From an uncultured SAR86 cluster bacterium (GTDB lineage: Bacteria; Pseudomonadota; Gammaproteobacteria; Magnimaribacterales; D2472): a stretch of DNA of 64,000 nt. The first letter of the stretch is position 1. Each line of letters starts with the position of its first letter. The stretch spans positions 5,538-69,537 of the forward strand of contig CACPCZ010000005.1 in assembly GCA_902632555.1 (NCBI GenBank), read 5' to 3'. Below the pieces are notes generated by a model. That model was not told the DNA's origin. It searched no databases and saw only the letters and a program-made list of their open reading frames with translations. The position numbers were made by a program, and so were the translations under genes. Shown here in pieces: positions 38,898 through 48,369 of the stretch.

Positions 38898-40940
38898 TTA
38901 ATTTACCATTGTAATAATTTTTTTCTCTTGTAAATTTATAAAATCATTTACTATTCTGGCCGATTCAATTAGCTGAAAGTCATTTTGAAGATCAATTCTG
39001 TTGGACGATATTTCATCATCATTATTTTTATTAAAATTCTCTAATTCTTCATATGAGACAAATTGTTTCAGGCCATTAGAATCTCTTCTTTTATTTTCAA
39101 TTTCAAGCAACCAATCTTTTCTTAGGTCCTTTTGAATATTTCTTTCCTCAAGCTTCAAGCTTAAGAATTTTTTATTTTTATTTAAATCGTATCTTTTTCT
39201 AACTTCCTTTAAATAATTTAGGTTAGGCTCAAAACCCAGCCTTGATTCATGAAGCTTTAAAACATTTTCAATAATTGAGCTATCTATTGCGAATTTTTTG
39301 TGCCTATATGGTCTGATTTCATCCCAAGCTAATGCAGTAGGGTATGAGCTTTCTCCAACTGAATTAATGTCCCAAGTTGCAGGAAGTTCGATATCCGGTG
39401 AGATCCCCTTATTTTGAGTGCTCATTCCATTAATTCTGTAATATTTTGATTCTGTAATTTTAATTTGGCCTTCTGATAAATTTTCTAAGCTTTGTACAGT
39501 ACCTTTGCCAAAAGTTCTCTGTCCAACTACAAGTCCTCTTCTATAATCTTGAATTGCACCCGCGACAATCTCGGACGCCGATGCAGAGTATCTATTAACA
39601 AGAACTACTAGGGGCTTATTCCAAACTTGGACTGCTCTGGTATCTCCATAAGGTTGAATGTAACCTCTACTTTGTTTTACTTGAACTGTAGGACCAGAAG
39701 AAACAAATAATCCAATAATTTTATTTGCTTCTACTAGAGCCCCGCCACCATTATTTCTCAAATCCAAAACGACGGCATCAACATCGTTTTTGTTAAAATC
39801 TTCGAGGATATTTTTTACGTCTTTACTACTACTTTTATAATCGGCATTTCTTTTTGAATATTCATCAAAGTCTATATAAAAGGAGGGTAGGTCAATTACT
39901 CCTATTTTATTTTCATTTATTTCATAAATATCTGCTTGAGCTGCTCTGTCCTCAAGCTTTACTTCTTCTCTTTTTAGAGTAACAATTTTAGTGCTGTCAA
40001 TATCTGATTCGAATGAAATAAATTCAATTTGAACTTCCGTATCAATTTCACCTCTTATCAAATCTACAACTTCATCAATTCTCCAACCAACAACATCAGT
40101 AAATTCATCATCACCTTTTTGTTTTATTTTAGAAATCCTATCCTCTGGCTGAATTTTCCCAGACTTTTCAGCAGGACCGCCTGGAACTAAACTAATTACT
40201 TTTGTATAGTCATCTTCAACACCTAATAACGCTCCAATCCCACTTAATTTTAGACTCATATTCATGTCAAAATCTTCAGCTGATCTTGGAGAAAGATATG
40301 ATGAATGAGGGTCAAATTGATTTGTTAAGATATTCATAGCCAATGAAAAAATATCTTCTTCTTTCTGTTGTCCAATTCTTCTAATTCTATTTTTATATCT
40401 TTTAAGAATGTCTTTCTTGGGATTATCGCTTGCGGAATCTGACAATTTTGCAACCAATAAATCATTTTTAGTTTCTAATCTCCATATTTCTTTAAGATCA
40501 GATAGATTAATTTGCCAAATATTATCTTCTTCATAAATATCGAGGTATTCTTCAATAGTAAAATCAAAAGTTGAGTTTTCTATCAAATCAATTTGAAACT
40601 GTGAAAATATTAGCAATTTTTCAAAATATAGATTTATTAGTTCATATGCTAATTCAATATCGTATTCATGATTATCAAATTGATTTGCATTATTTATAAA
40701 ATAATTAAACTCTTCTTGAGTAAAGTAATTTTTCTCTTTGTCTAATCTTTCAAAAACTGCTTCAATATATTTTTTGTTGAAATCTTTATCTTTAAAATCT
40801 CTGACGTAATGTTCCCGAGATAATTTTTTAAAAATCTCATTACTTAATTTTTTTTTCTTTTCACTTATCTCAATTACTTCATAACTATCTGAAGAAATAA
40901 AAAAAGAAAAAAAGAATACTAATACGTATAGAATTTTCAT
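38898..40940 (-). CDS. prc: Carboxy-terminal processing (tail-specific) protease
   Basis: DPHSSY, PDZ GIGA, DLRNNGGG, SASASEI and FGKGTVQ motifs. Start trimmed to the signal peptide MKILYVLV. Confidence 0.9.
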   Translation of the reverse strand: MKILYVLVFFFSFFISSDSYEVIEISEKKKKLSNEIFKKLSREHYVRDFKDKDFNKKYIEAVFERLDKEKNYFTQEEFNYFINNANQFDNHEYDIELAYELINLYFEKLLIFSQFQIDLIENSTFDFTIEEYLDIYEEDNIWQINLSDLKEIWRLETKNDLLVAKLSDSASDNPKKDILKRYKNRIRRIGQQKEEDIFSLAMNILTNQFDPHSSYLSPRSAEDFDMNMSLKLSGIGALLGVEDDYTKVISLVPGGPAEKSGKIQPEDRISKIKQKGDDEFTDVVGWRIDEVVDLIRGEIDTEVQIEFISFESDIDSTKIVTLKREEVKLEDRAAQADIYEINENKIGVIDLPSFYIDFDEYSKRNADYKSSSKDVKNILEDFNKNDVDAVVLDLRNNGGGALVEANKIIGLFVSSGPTVQVKQSRGYIQPYGDTRAVQVWNKPLVVLVNRYSASASEIVAGAIQDYRRGLVVGQRTFGKGTVQSLENLSEGQIKITESKYYRINGMSTQNKGISPDIELPATWDINSVGESSYPTALAWDEIRPYRHKKFAIDSSIIENVLKLHESRLGFEPNLNYLKEVRKRYDLNKNKKFLSLKLEERNIQKDLRKDWLLEIENKRRDSNGLKQFVSYEELENFNKNNDDEISSNRIDLQNDFQLIESARIVNDFINLQEKKIITMVN

Positions 40941-40950
40941 ATTCAACTTC

Positions 40951-42039
40951 TTATAAACCTTGAATCTTTGCAGCTTCACTTCTGATGATTTCTGGAGCTC
41001 CAAGCAATTGTCTATTTAGGCCAATCCTTTTAAACCAAAAATGTAATCCTAACAGATCAGTAAAACCCATTCCACCATGAACTTCCGTAGCTTTTTTTGA
41101 TACTTTTTTTGCAACATCTGAAACATGAGATTTTGCATGACAAGCCATCAATCTCGCGTCGTTTTCATCTTTATCAAAACTATGCGCTGCGTGCCAAACC
41201 AGTGAGTAACAGGGTTCAAGCTCAGCCACCATTTCGGCACACATATGTTTAACAGCCTGAAATGATCCAATTGCTCTATTAAATTGTTTCCGTTCTTTAG
41301 AATATGAGACTGCCTTATCAATCATTGCCTGAGCTGCCCCAAGTGAGTCTGCTGCTGTCACTATTCTGCCTGCATCTAGAGATTTTTCAATTGCGGTTGA
41401 AGAGCTCAATGTCTTTTCTAAAACTTCCACCGTGACATTATTAAAATTAATTTCTTTGAATACTCTAGTTTTATCAACTGTTATTAAATCAACACATTCA
41501 ATACCCTGACTATCTAATGATACACTTCCAATTACTCCATTAGAGTTTGATACTAAAAGATGAGATGCATGGTCACAATCAAGAGCAAATAGGGTAGTTC
41601 CATTAACCTTTCCATTAGAAAAAACGATCTTAGAATCACCTCTTGATCCAAAATATTCAGAAAAACTGATTCCAAAATTCATTTTACCATTACTCATTTC
41701 ATTAAAGATTGTATTAATTTGATCTTTGCTGCCGCCATAATTAATGGCAATTGGTGCCATTACATAAGCTCCAAAAAATGGAATTGGTGCTAAGGCTTCA
41801 CCTAGGCTTTGACTTATTGCAGTGGCAAATAAAAGGTTTAATCCCAGACCTCCATTTTCTTCAGGTATCAATAAGTTATTTATTCCAAGATTTACTATTC
41901 CTTTATGAATATCTTTTTTATAAATTGACTCATGATCTTCGATAATCTTTCTAATGGTGTCTAAAGGAGCATTATCTTCAAGATATTTCTTGACGTTATC
42001 TTGAAAGAAAACTTGATCCTCAGAAAGTCCAAAATACAT
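40951..42039 (-). CDS. Acyl-CoA dehydrogenase, short partner subunit
   Basis: ERKQFNRAIGSFQAVKH and EVHGGMGFT motifs. 362 aa. Confidence 0.9.
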   Translation of the reverse strand: MYFGLSEDQVFFQDNVKKYLEDNAPLDTIRKIIEDHESIYKKDIHKGIVNLGINNLLIPEENGGLGLNLLFATAISQSLGEALAPIPFFGAYVMAPIAINYGGSKDQINTIFNEMSNGKMNFGISFSEYFGSRGDSKIVFSNGKVNGTTLFALDCDHASHLLVSNSNGVIGSVSLDSQGIECVDLITVDKTRVFKEINFNNVTVEVLEKTLSSSTAIEKSLDAGRIVTAADSLGAAQAMIDKAVSYSKERKQFNRAIGSFQAVKHMCAEMVAELEPCYSLVWHAAHSFDKDENDARLMACHAKSHVSDVAKKVSKKATEVHGGMGFTDLLGLHFWFKRIGLNRQLLGAPEIIRSEAAKIQGL

Positions 42040-42040
42040 C

Positions 42041-43267
42041 TTATTCTCCCTTTTGAACCTTTGGTTCTCTGGGCATACCCAATCCTCTTTCAGAAATTAT
42101 ATTTTTTTGAATTTGACTTGTTCCACCACCAATAATCAATCCAAGAAAATACATATACGCTACTTGCCATGAGCCACCATCTCTTATGTGAGGACTATTT
42201 TCATACAATGTCCCCAATTCACCCATAATATCTATTGCGAAGCCTTCTAATTCATGTCTAAGCTCGGTTCCAACTAGCTTTTGAATCATCCCAGCAATTT
42301 TCGTATTTTGATTTTTATTTAACTTTGCTGACAGCACTCTTAATGAATTAGACTGAAAGGCAATTACTTTTCCTTGAATCTTCATTAGTCTATCCCTATA
42401 AACTGCGTTATCGATTGCTTTTTCACCATTTATTGTTTCATTTTTCATTATCTCAATTAAAGCATTTAACCGATTCATCATTGCATTAGGGTCTGAAAGT
42501 GATCCTCTTTCGTGCCCTAAAGTTGCATTTGCTACAGCCCAACCATCACCTCTTTTTCCGACAATATTTTTTTCAGGAACTGTTACATCTGTAAAAAATA
42601 CTTCATTGAATCCAGCGTTAAGAGTCATATCTACCAATGGCCTAATTTCAATTCCTGGAGTATCCATTGGAATTAATAGATAACTTATTCCAGCATGCTT
42701 TGATGCATCTGGCTCTGTTCTTACTAAACAAAACATCATTTGAGAGTACTGGGCAGTGCTTGTCCATATTTTTTGACCATTAATTACCCAATTTCCATCA
42801 ATTAATTCACCTTTGGTTTGTAAGCTAGCTAAATCACTACCAGCATTTGGTTCTGAATAACCTTGGCACCATATAATTTCACCATGTAAAGTAGGTTTTA
42901 TATACTGTTTTTTTTGCTCCTCAGTTCCAAGCTCTAGAAGTGTTGGCACTAGCATATCTATTCCTTGACCACCCATAGGAGGTGGTATATTTTCTTTCGA
43001 AAATTCTGTAGCAATTATTCTATTTTTGATTATGTCGCTTTCGCCACCATAACCGCCATACTCTTTTGGAATTGATCTTGCAAAATATCCTTTTTCAATA
43101 AGAATTTTTTGCCACTCAGACCTTTTCATCTTAATCCCACCGGATTTAAATGAACCTGACAATGGAACTTTTGCAGAGTCTGAAAAGTGTATACCCGAGT
43201 ATTCTTTACAAAATTCTCTCACTTCATTTGTAAAACTTTTATATTCTGATCCGTAGTTTAAGTCCAT
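42041..43267 (-). CDS. Acyl-CoA dehydrogenase
   Basis: WCQGYSEPNAGSDLASL, FNEVFF, HERG and GGGTSQIQKNII motifs. Confidence 0.93.
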   Translation of the reverse strand: MDLNYGSEYKSFTNEVREFCKEYSGIHFSDSAKVPLSGSFKSGGIKMKRSEWQKILIEKGYFARSIPKEYGGYGGESDIIKNRIIATEFSKENIPPPMGGQGIDMLVPTLLELGTEEQKKQYIKPTLHGEIIWCQGYSEPNAGSDLASLQTKGELIDGNWVINGQKIWTSTAQYSQMMFCLVRTEPDASKHAGISYLLIPMDTPGIEIRPLVDMTLNAGFNEVFFTDVTVPEKNIVGKRGDGWAVANATLGHERGSLSDPNAMMNRLNALIEIMKNETINGEKAIDNAVYRDRLMKIQGKVIAFQSNSLRVLSAKLNKNQNTKIAGMIQKLVGTELRHELEGFAIDIMGELGTLYENSPHIRDGGSWQVAYMYFLGLIIGGGTSQIQKNIISERGLGMPREPKVQKGE

Positions 43268-43273
43268 ATCTCT

Positions 43274-44059
43274 TTAATCCCAGTTCGGCTTTCTTTTTTC
43301 CAGGAATGCTGTAATTCCTTCCTTAGCATCCTTTCCCTCGAAACACTTTGCTATTTGTTCTTTAAGATATGGTAACGCTTCATTAAAGTCTTTTGAATCT
43401 TGTTTTTCGTATGCCTCAAGACCAAACTGCATAGTCTCTGGTGCTAAAGATGCTAATTCTTCTGCAAGTGATTGTACTTTTTGATCTAAATGTTCTACCT
43501 CGACAGATTCATTTATTAATCCCCATTTTTCTGCTTCTATAGCATCAATAGGTTGACCCCGCATGATGAAATCTAGACCAGCCCTTTTTGGCATCACTCT
43601 AAAAAGACCAGCCATTACCATAAAAGGCCAAAGACCTCTATGGATCTCCGGAGCAGAAAATTTTGCAGTATTGACTGAAATTGCGTGTGTAGAGTTTGTA
43701 ACCATTAAAAGCGCTCCCGCAAGAACAGATCCTTGAATTTTACATATCACAGGTTTATAGATATGTCTTAGAGATAGGCTTATATCTTCAGCATGAGGCA
43801 ACTTAGGAACATTTGATTGAGACTCCGATCTATTAAGATCAGCACCGGCACAAAAAATATCTCCTTCAGCAGCAATTACAATTACTCTTATCGATTTTTC
43901 TTGTTTTGCAAAAGCTAGAGAATAATTTAATTCATTCATCATTACATTATTAATAGCATTCTTTTTTTCAGGTCTATTAAGAGTAATAGTTAAGATTTTT
44001 TCTTTTATTTCTAAATTGATTGTTTCAAAATTAAGACCCTCAAGAGATAATTTATCCAT
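43274..44059 (-). CDS. Enoyl-CoA hydratase/isomerase family protein
   Basis: LNRPEKKNA, FCAGADL, APE and EGITAFLEKR motifs. Confidence 0.9.
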   Translation of the reverse strand: MDKLSLEGLNFETINLEIKEKILTITLNRPEKKNAINNVMMNELNYSLAFAKQEKSIRVIVIAAEGDIFCAGADLNRSESQSNVPKLPHAEDISLSLRHIYKPVICKIQGSVLAGALLMVTNSTHAISVNTAKFSAPEIHRGLWPFMVMAGLFRVMPKRAGLDFIMRGQPIDAIEAEKWGLINESVEVEHLDQKVQSLAEELASLAPETMQFGLEAYEKQDSKDFNEALPYLKEQIAKCFEGKDAKEGITAFLEKRKPNWD

Positions 44060-44061
44060 AC

Positions 44062-45834
44062 TTAAGCTCCCTCTACTATTTCTTTAGGTGCAAGAATTTT
44101 CTTTGCTCTCAAATATTCTCCAAGTGACTTGGCTTGGCTATCTTTACGATTATTTGAAGATACTCCATCTTGCAAGATATCATGTATATAAAAATTGAGT
44201 GAGTAAATATTTGGTAACTCAAATCTTTCTACTTTGTATTTATTTAAATCAGGCATTAATTCTTTAATTCTTTCAACAGTCAAAAAATTATATAAAAAAG
44301 AATATGTATTTTTATTTTTTGCCCAAACGCCTAGATTAGCACATCCCCCTTTGTCGCCAGATCTAGTTCCAAAAAGATCACCAAAAAAGATTTCTAATTG
44401 ATCAGTCACATTGATTTCTTCAATTTTAAAAGGCTCCCTTTGATAATAAATCTCCTCAAAATCTAGTTGAGATGTAGGTAATACCTCTATTTCTTTTCCA
44501 TCAATATGAACTTTTTCTTTAACATGTTTGCTATCGATTAATGCTGGCCAGTAAACAATTACTGGGCCACTAGATTTAGGTCCGCTTTGAGCAAAAAAAC
44601 CTGGAATATTCGCAAGAGCAAGCTCAATTATTTTTGCACTAAAAAGTCTTCCAACAAGATCAGGATTGCTTGACTTAACTGATATTACCAATGATGCCAT
44701 TGCCTCTTCGTTTGTTATTGGATTTTCTTTATCAGTTCTGTGTAACTGGATAGATACTTCTTCAAATTGATCTTGGCCGCCAACTGAATTGAAAAGAGCG
44801 TCTGTAAAAACTTTTGCTTTGTCTTCTATATCTATACCTGTCAATATTATTTCCATTCCGTTTCTGAAGCCGCCAGCTAAATTGATGCATACTTTATGAT
44901 CTTTTGGTGGAGAGCTCCCCCTACATCCAGATATATGTACCTTATCTTTTGATATTTCTTCAATTTTAAGAGTATCAAAATGAGAAATCACATCAGGATT
45001 TATATACGCAGGAGAACTAATTTCATATAACAATTGAGCCGTAACAGTTCCCTTAGAAACCAATCCACCAGTATTAGGATGTTTTGTTATATTAAAACTG
45101 CCATCCTCAAAAATTTCTGCAATGGGGTAACCAACGTTATCAAAGCTAGGAACTTCTTTAAAAAATGAATAATTTCCACCAGTTGCCTGACAACCACATT
45201 CAATAATATGACCTGCAGCTAATGCTCCCGCCAATGCATCATAATCATTTCTTTTCCAATTAAATTTCCATGCAGCTGGACCAATAACAACTGCTGCATC
45301 TGTTACTCTTGGACAAACTACAATATCTGCACCATGGTCAAGCGCCTCTTTTATACCCCACGCTCCTAAATAAATATTTGATGTAAGAGGGTTGTAACCT
45401 GAATCTTTCAGAGAAATATTTTTATCAATATTCATGAATTTCTCGCCTTCGTCCATCAGAGAATTCATTTGTGGTAACAAGTCATCTCCATCAATATATG
45501 CAACTTTCATCTCAACAGACTGATCTATAAGAATTTTTTCAATTTCAGATGCCATAGATTTAGGATTAAGTCCTCCAGCATTTGTAACAATTTTTATATT
45601 TTTTTCGTTACAAGTTTTTGCAATTTCTTTAATTTGTTTTAAAAATGTTCCAACGTATCCTTTATCCTCACCCCTCTGTAATTTTTGACTATAGAGAATT
45701 GTCATAGTTAACTCAGCTAAGTAATCACCTGTTAAAACATCTATCGGACCGCCATCGACTAATTCTTTCGCTGCAGATAGCTTATCCCCATAGAAACCAC
45801 TGCAATTTGCAATTTTAATAAAATCGTTTTCCAT
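44062..45834 (-). CDS. atuA: Acyclic terpene utilization AtuA family protein
   Basis: IANCSGFYGD, DYLAELTM, GHIIECG.QATGGN, RSGDKG and DSQAKSLGE motifs. Confidence 0.88.
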   Translation of the reverse strand: MENDFIKIANCSGFYGDKLSAAKELVDGGPIDVLTGDYLAELTMTILYSQKLQRGEDKGYVGTFLKQIKEIAKTCNEKNIKIVTNAGGLNPKSMASEIEKILIDQSVEMKVAYIDGDDLLPQMNSLMDEGEKFMNIDKNISLKDSGYNPLTSNIYLGAWGIKEALDHGADIVVCPRVTDAAVVIGPAAWKFNWKRNDYDALAGALAAGHIIECGCQATGGNYSFFKEVPSFDNVGYPIAEIFEDGSFNITKHPNTGGLVSKGTVTAQLLYEISSPAYINPDVISHFDTLKIEEISKDKVHISGCRGSSPPKDHKVCINLAGGFRNGMEIILTGIDIEDKAKVFTDALFNSVGGQDQFEEVSIQLHRTDKENPITNEEAMASLVISVKSSNPDLVGRLFSAKIIELALANIPGFFAQSGPKSSGPVIVYWPALIDSKHVKEKVHIDGKEIEVLPTSQLDFEEIYYQREPFKIEEINVTDQLEIFFGDLFGTRSGDKGGCANLGVWAKNKNTYSFLYNFLTVERIKELMPDLNKYKVERFELPNIYSLNFYIHDILQDGVSSNNRKDSQAKSLGEYLRAKKILAPKEIVEGA

Positions 45835-46443
45835 TTAATTTTTTAACTTTATTCCATTAAGTATTATTGAAATAACTGAATTAGCAGATTCATCAGGTGT
45901 TTGCTTAATAGACTTTCTATTCTTTTCAGAGAGAAACTCTCTTCCAATGCTACTAAATAGTATTGAGAATGATTTAGTATCAATTTTTATAATTTCTTTT
46001 TTTTCAATTGCTTCTTCTAAAAGTTTTTCTGTATATTCTGAAATAAAGTTTTCATGAAAATCTGCCATCTTTTTTGAGCCATCAATTTTTTCAATATCAT
46101 TCATGAATTTATTAAATTTTGGTCCTACAGCTTGATTCACAATAAATAGATACTTTTCAAGTCTATCAATCGGTGATGATATTTTTGATACCGAATCAAA
46201 GGCATGTTTTCCAAGTTTTCTCAGAATGTTGTCCATCGTCATTAATATAAGTTTATTTTTGCTTGGCGCTATTTCATATAATGTCCTTAGTGAAATTTTT
46301 AGACTTGATGCTATTTCTGACATTGTTAAGTCTGGTACACCTTTCTCTAGCATTTTCTCAAGAGAATCAATTATTTCAGAGTGTCTTTTTGTAATTATTT
46401 TGGGTTTATTAACAACTATTCTTTCTTGAAAATCTGTATGCAT
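45835..46443 (-). CDS. TetR/AcrR family transcriptional regulator
   Basis: HTH LTMSEIASSLKISLRTLYE..PSK, about 200 aa. Confidence 0.85.
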   Translation of the reverse strand: MHTDFQERIVVNKPKIITKRHSEIIDSLEKMLEKGVPDLTMSEIASSLKISLRTLYEIAPSKNKLILMTMDNILRKLGKHAFDSVSKISSPIDRLEKYLFIVNQAVGPKFNKFMNDIEKIDGSKKMADFHENFISEYTEKLLEEAIEKKEIIKIDTKSFSILFSSIGREFLSEKNRKSIKQTPDESANSVISIILNGIKLKN

Positions 46444-46446
46444 TAT

Positions 46447-48369
46447 TTATTTTACAACCATTAATAATGCGCCATTTTCAACTTGATCATTTACAGCAAT
46501 TAATAACTGAGATACTGTTCCATCTTCAGATGCTTTAATTGAATGTTCCATTTTCATGGCCTCAAGAATTACAAGAGTATCACCAGCTTTTACTTTCTTT
46601 CCTTTTTTAACTTTTATTTCAATTACTTTACCTGGCATTGGAGCAACTAGACCTCCTGCGGTAATCTCCTGTCCCGGAATTACAAATTTAGGCTTTATTG
46701 ATAACATCACATCCCCAAAAGGCATATGAACTAGGATGTTTGATGATACCATTGTGACCCTAGAAAAATGTCTTTTAGATTCATAAACACAGTCAATTCC
46801 ATCTTCATTTACTTTATGAATATATGCTGATTTTCCTGATGCAAATTTAAAAGTTCCATCTCTCATTAGCTCGTAATCTACTTTAATCTCCGAACCTTCG
46901 AATTCAAATGAAACACTTTGTGATGGAAGCCTCCCATTTGTCCAACCTGACGGCATAAATTTTGCAACATTAGAATTCATTCTATTGCTCTCTTGAATCC
47001 ATAATGCTGCAATTGCTGTTGCATGTTCCAGAGACTCTTTTTGAATGACTAATTTTCTTGCTGGATCAACACGATCAATGAAATCTGATGTTGTATCTCC
47101 TTTAATAAATTCAGGGGTCTTTAGGCAATTAACTAAAAAATCTCTGTTAGTTTTGACACCTCCAATGTGGGCAGACTCTAACGCTTTTGCAAGCTTGCCA
47201 GCGGCATCAGTTCTATTAGGTGCATAAGTAATTATTTTCGCCAACATTGGATCAAAGTCTGTTCCAACAACTGTTCCTTTTGACACACCAGTATCCCATC
47301 TTGCATCTATGGTAGGGTCCTTTTCAAAAGCAATTAATGTTCCAATTTCAGGAAGGAAATCATTATATGGATCTTCGGCATACAATCTAGCCTCTATTGC
47401 GGAACCATTCCATTTTATATCATCCTGCAAAAATTGAAGTTTCTCACCTCTAGCAACTTTTAATTGTTCACTTACTAAATCTATACCTGTAACCTCCTCA
47501 GTAACTGGGTGTTCAACTTGCAGTCGAGTATTGACCTCTAAAAACCAAAACTCACCTGTCAAATCATCAAATAAAAATTCAACAGTACCTGCCGATTCAT
47601 ACTTTATTTCTTTTGCTAATTTAACAGCTGCATCTCCCATTTTATTTCTTATTTCTTCAGAAACCCTAGGTGAGGGCGATTCTTCAATAATTTTTTGATA
47701 TCTTCTTTGTATAGAGCATTCTCTTTCACCAAGATGAACAACATTACCATGCGAGTCTCCTAGAATCTGAATTTCAATATGTCGTGATTTTTCAACATAT
47801 CTTTCAATGAATATTCTTTCATCATTAAAACCATTTAGAGCTTCTCTTTGAGCACTTTCAATTGAATCTTTAAGCTCACTTGATTTATTGACTATACGCA
47901 TTCCTTTTCCACCGCCACCTGCTGCAGCCTTAATAAGAAGTGGATATCCAATATTTTTAGCGTCTTTAGGACTCGAAGTCATTGGAAGTGTTGGAACACC
48001 AGCTCTAATAGCAAGCTCTTTTGCCTTTAACTTATCTCCCATAACTGAAATCACATGAGGAGAAGGACCAATCCAAACCAAACCTTCTTTTTTAACTTTT
48101 CTAGCAAATGATGAATTCTCTGACAGAAAACCATATCCGGGATGAATTGCTTGAGCACCAGTTTTTTTTGCAGCATTAATAATTTGGTTTCCATCAAGAT
48201 ATCCACCATCAGATAGTTTAATGGCTTCGTCAGCTTGTTTAACAAACAAAGCATCTTTATCTGCATCAACGTATACAGCAACAGAACGAATACCCATTTC
48301 TTTTGCAGTTTTAATAATCCTGCATGCAATTTCACCCCTGTTAGCAATCAGTACTGAATTAAAAATCAT
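46447..48369 (-). CDS. Acyl-CoA carboxylase alpha subunit (biotin carboxylase + BCCP; AtuF/LiuD-like)
   Basis: IANRGEIA, HPGYGFLSEN, GGGGKGMR, EVNTRLQVEH and EAMKME biotin site. Confidence 0.93.
   Translation of the reverse strand: MIFNSVLIANRGEIACRIIKTAKEMGIRSVAVYVDADKDALFVKQADEAIKLSDGGYLDGNQIINAAKKTGAQAIHPGYGFLSENSSFARKVKKEGLVWIGPSPHVISVMGDKLKAKELAIRAGVPTLPMTSSPKDAKNIGYPLLIKAAAGGGGKGMRIVNKSSELKDSIESAQREALNGFNDERIFIERYVEKSRHIEIQILGDSHGNVVHLGERECSIQRRYQKIIEESPSPRVSEEIRNKMGDAAVKLAKEIKYESAGTVEFLFDDLTGEFWFLEVNTRLQVEHPVTEEVTGIDLVSEQLKVARGEKLQFLQDDIKWNGSAIEARLYAEDPYNDFLPEIGTLIAFEKDPTIDARWDTGVSKGTVVGTDFDPMLAKIITYAPNRTDAAGKLAKALESAHIGGVKTNRDFLVNCLKTPEFIKGDTTSDFIDRVDPARKLVIQKESLEHATAIAALWIQESNRMNSNVAKFMPSGWTNGRLPSQSVSFEFEGSEIKVDYELMRDGTFKFASGKSAYIHKVNEDGIDCVYESKRHFSRVTMVSSNILVHMPFGDVMLSIKPKFVIPGQEITAGGLVAPMPGKVIEIKVKKGKKVKAGDTLVILEAMKMEHSIKASEDGTVSQLLIAVNDQVENGALLMVVK

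Noticed and set aside
40941-41003. N-terminal extension of prc (similarly 50622-50726 for msrAB, 55092-55160 for rraA and 11542-11586 for the aldolase)
   Set aside because: Downstream starts give proper signal peptides or RBSs and remove overlaps with neighbouring genes.
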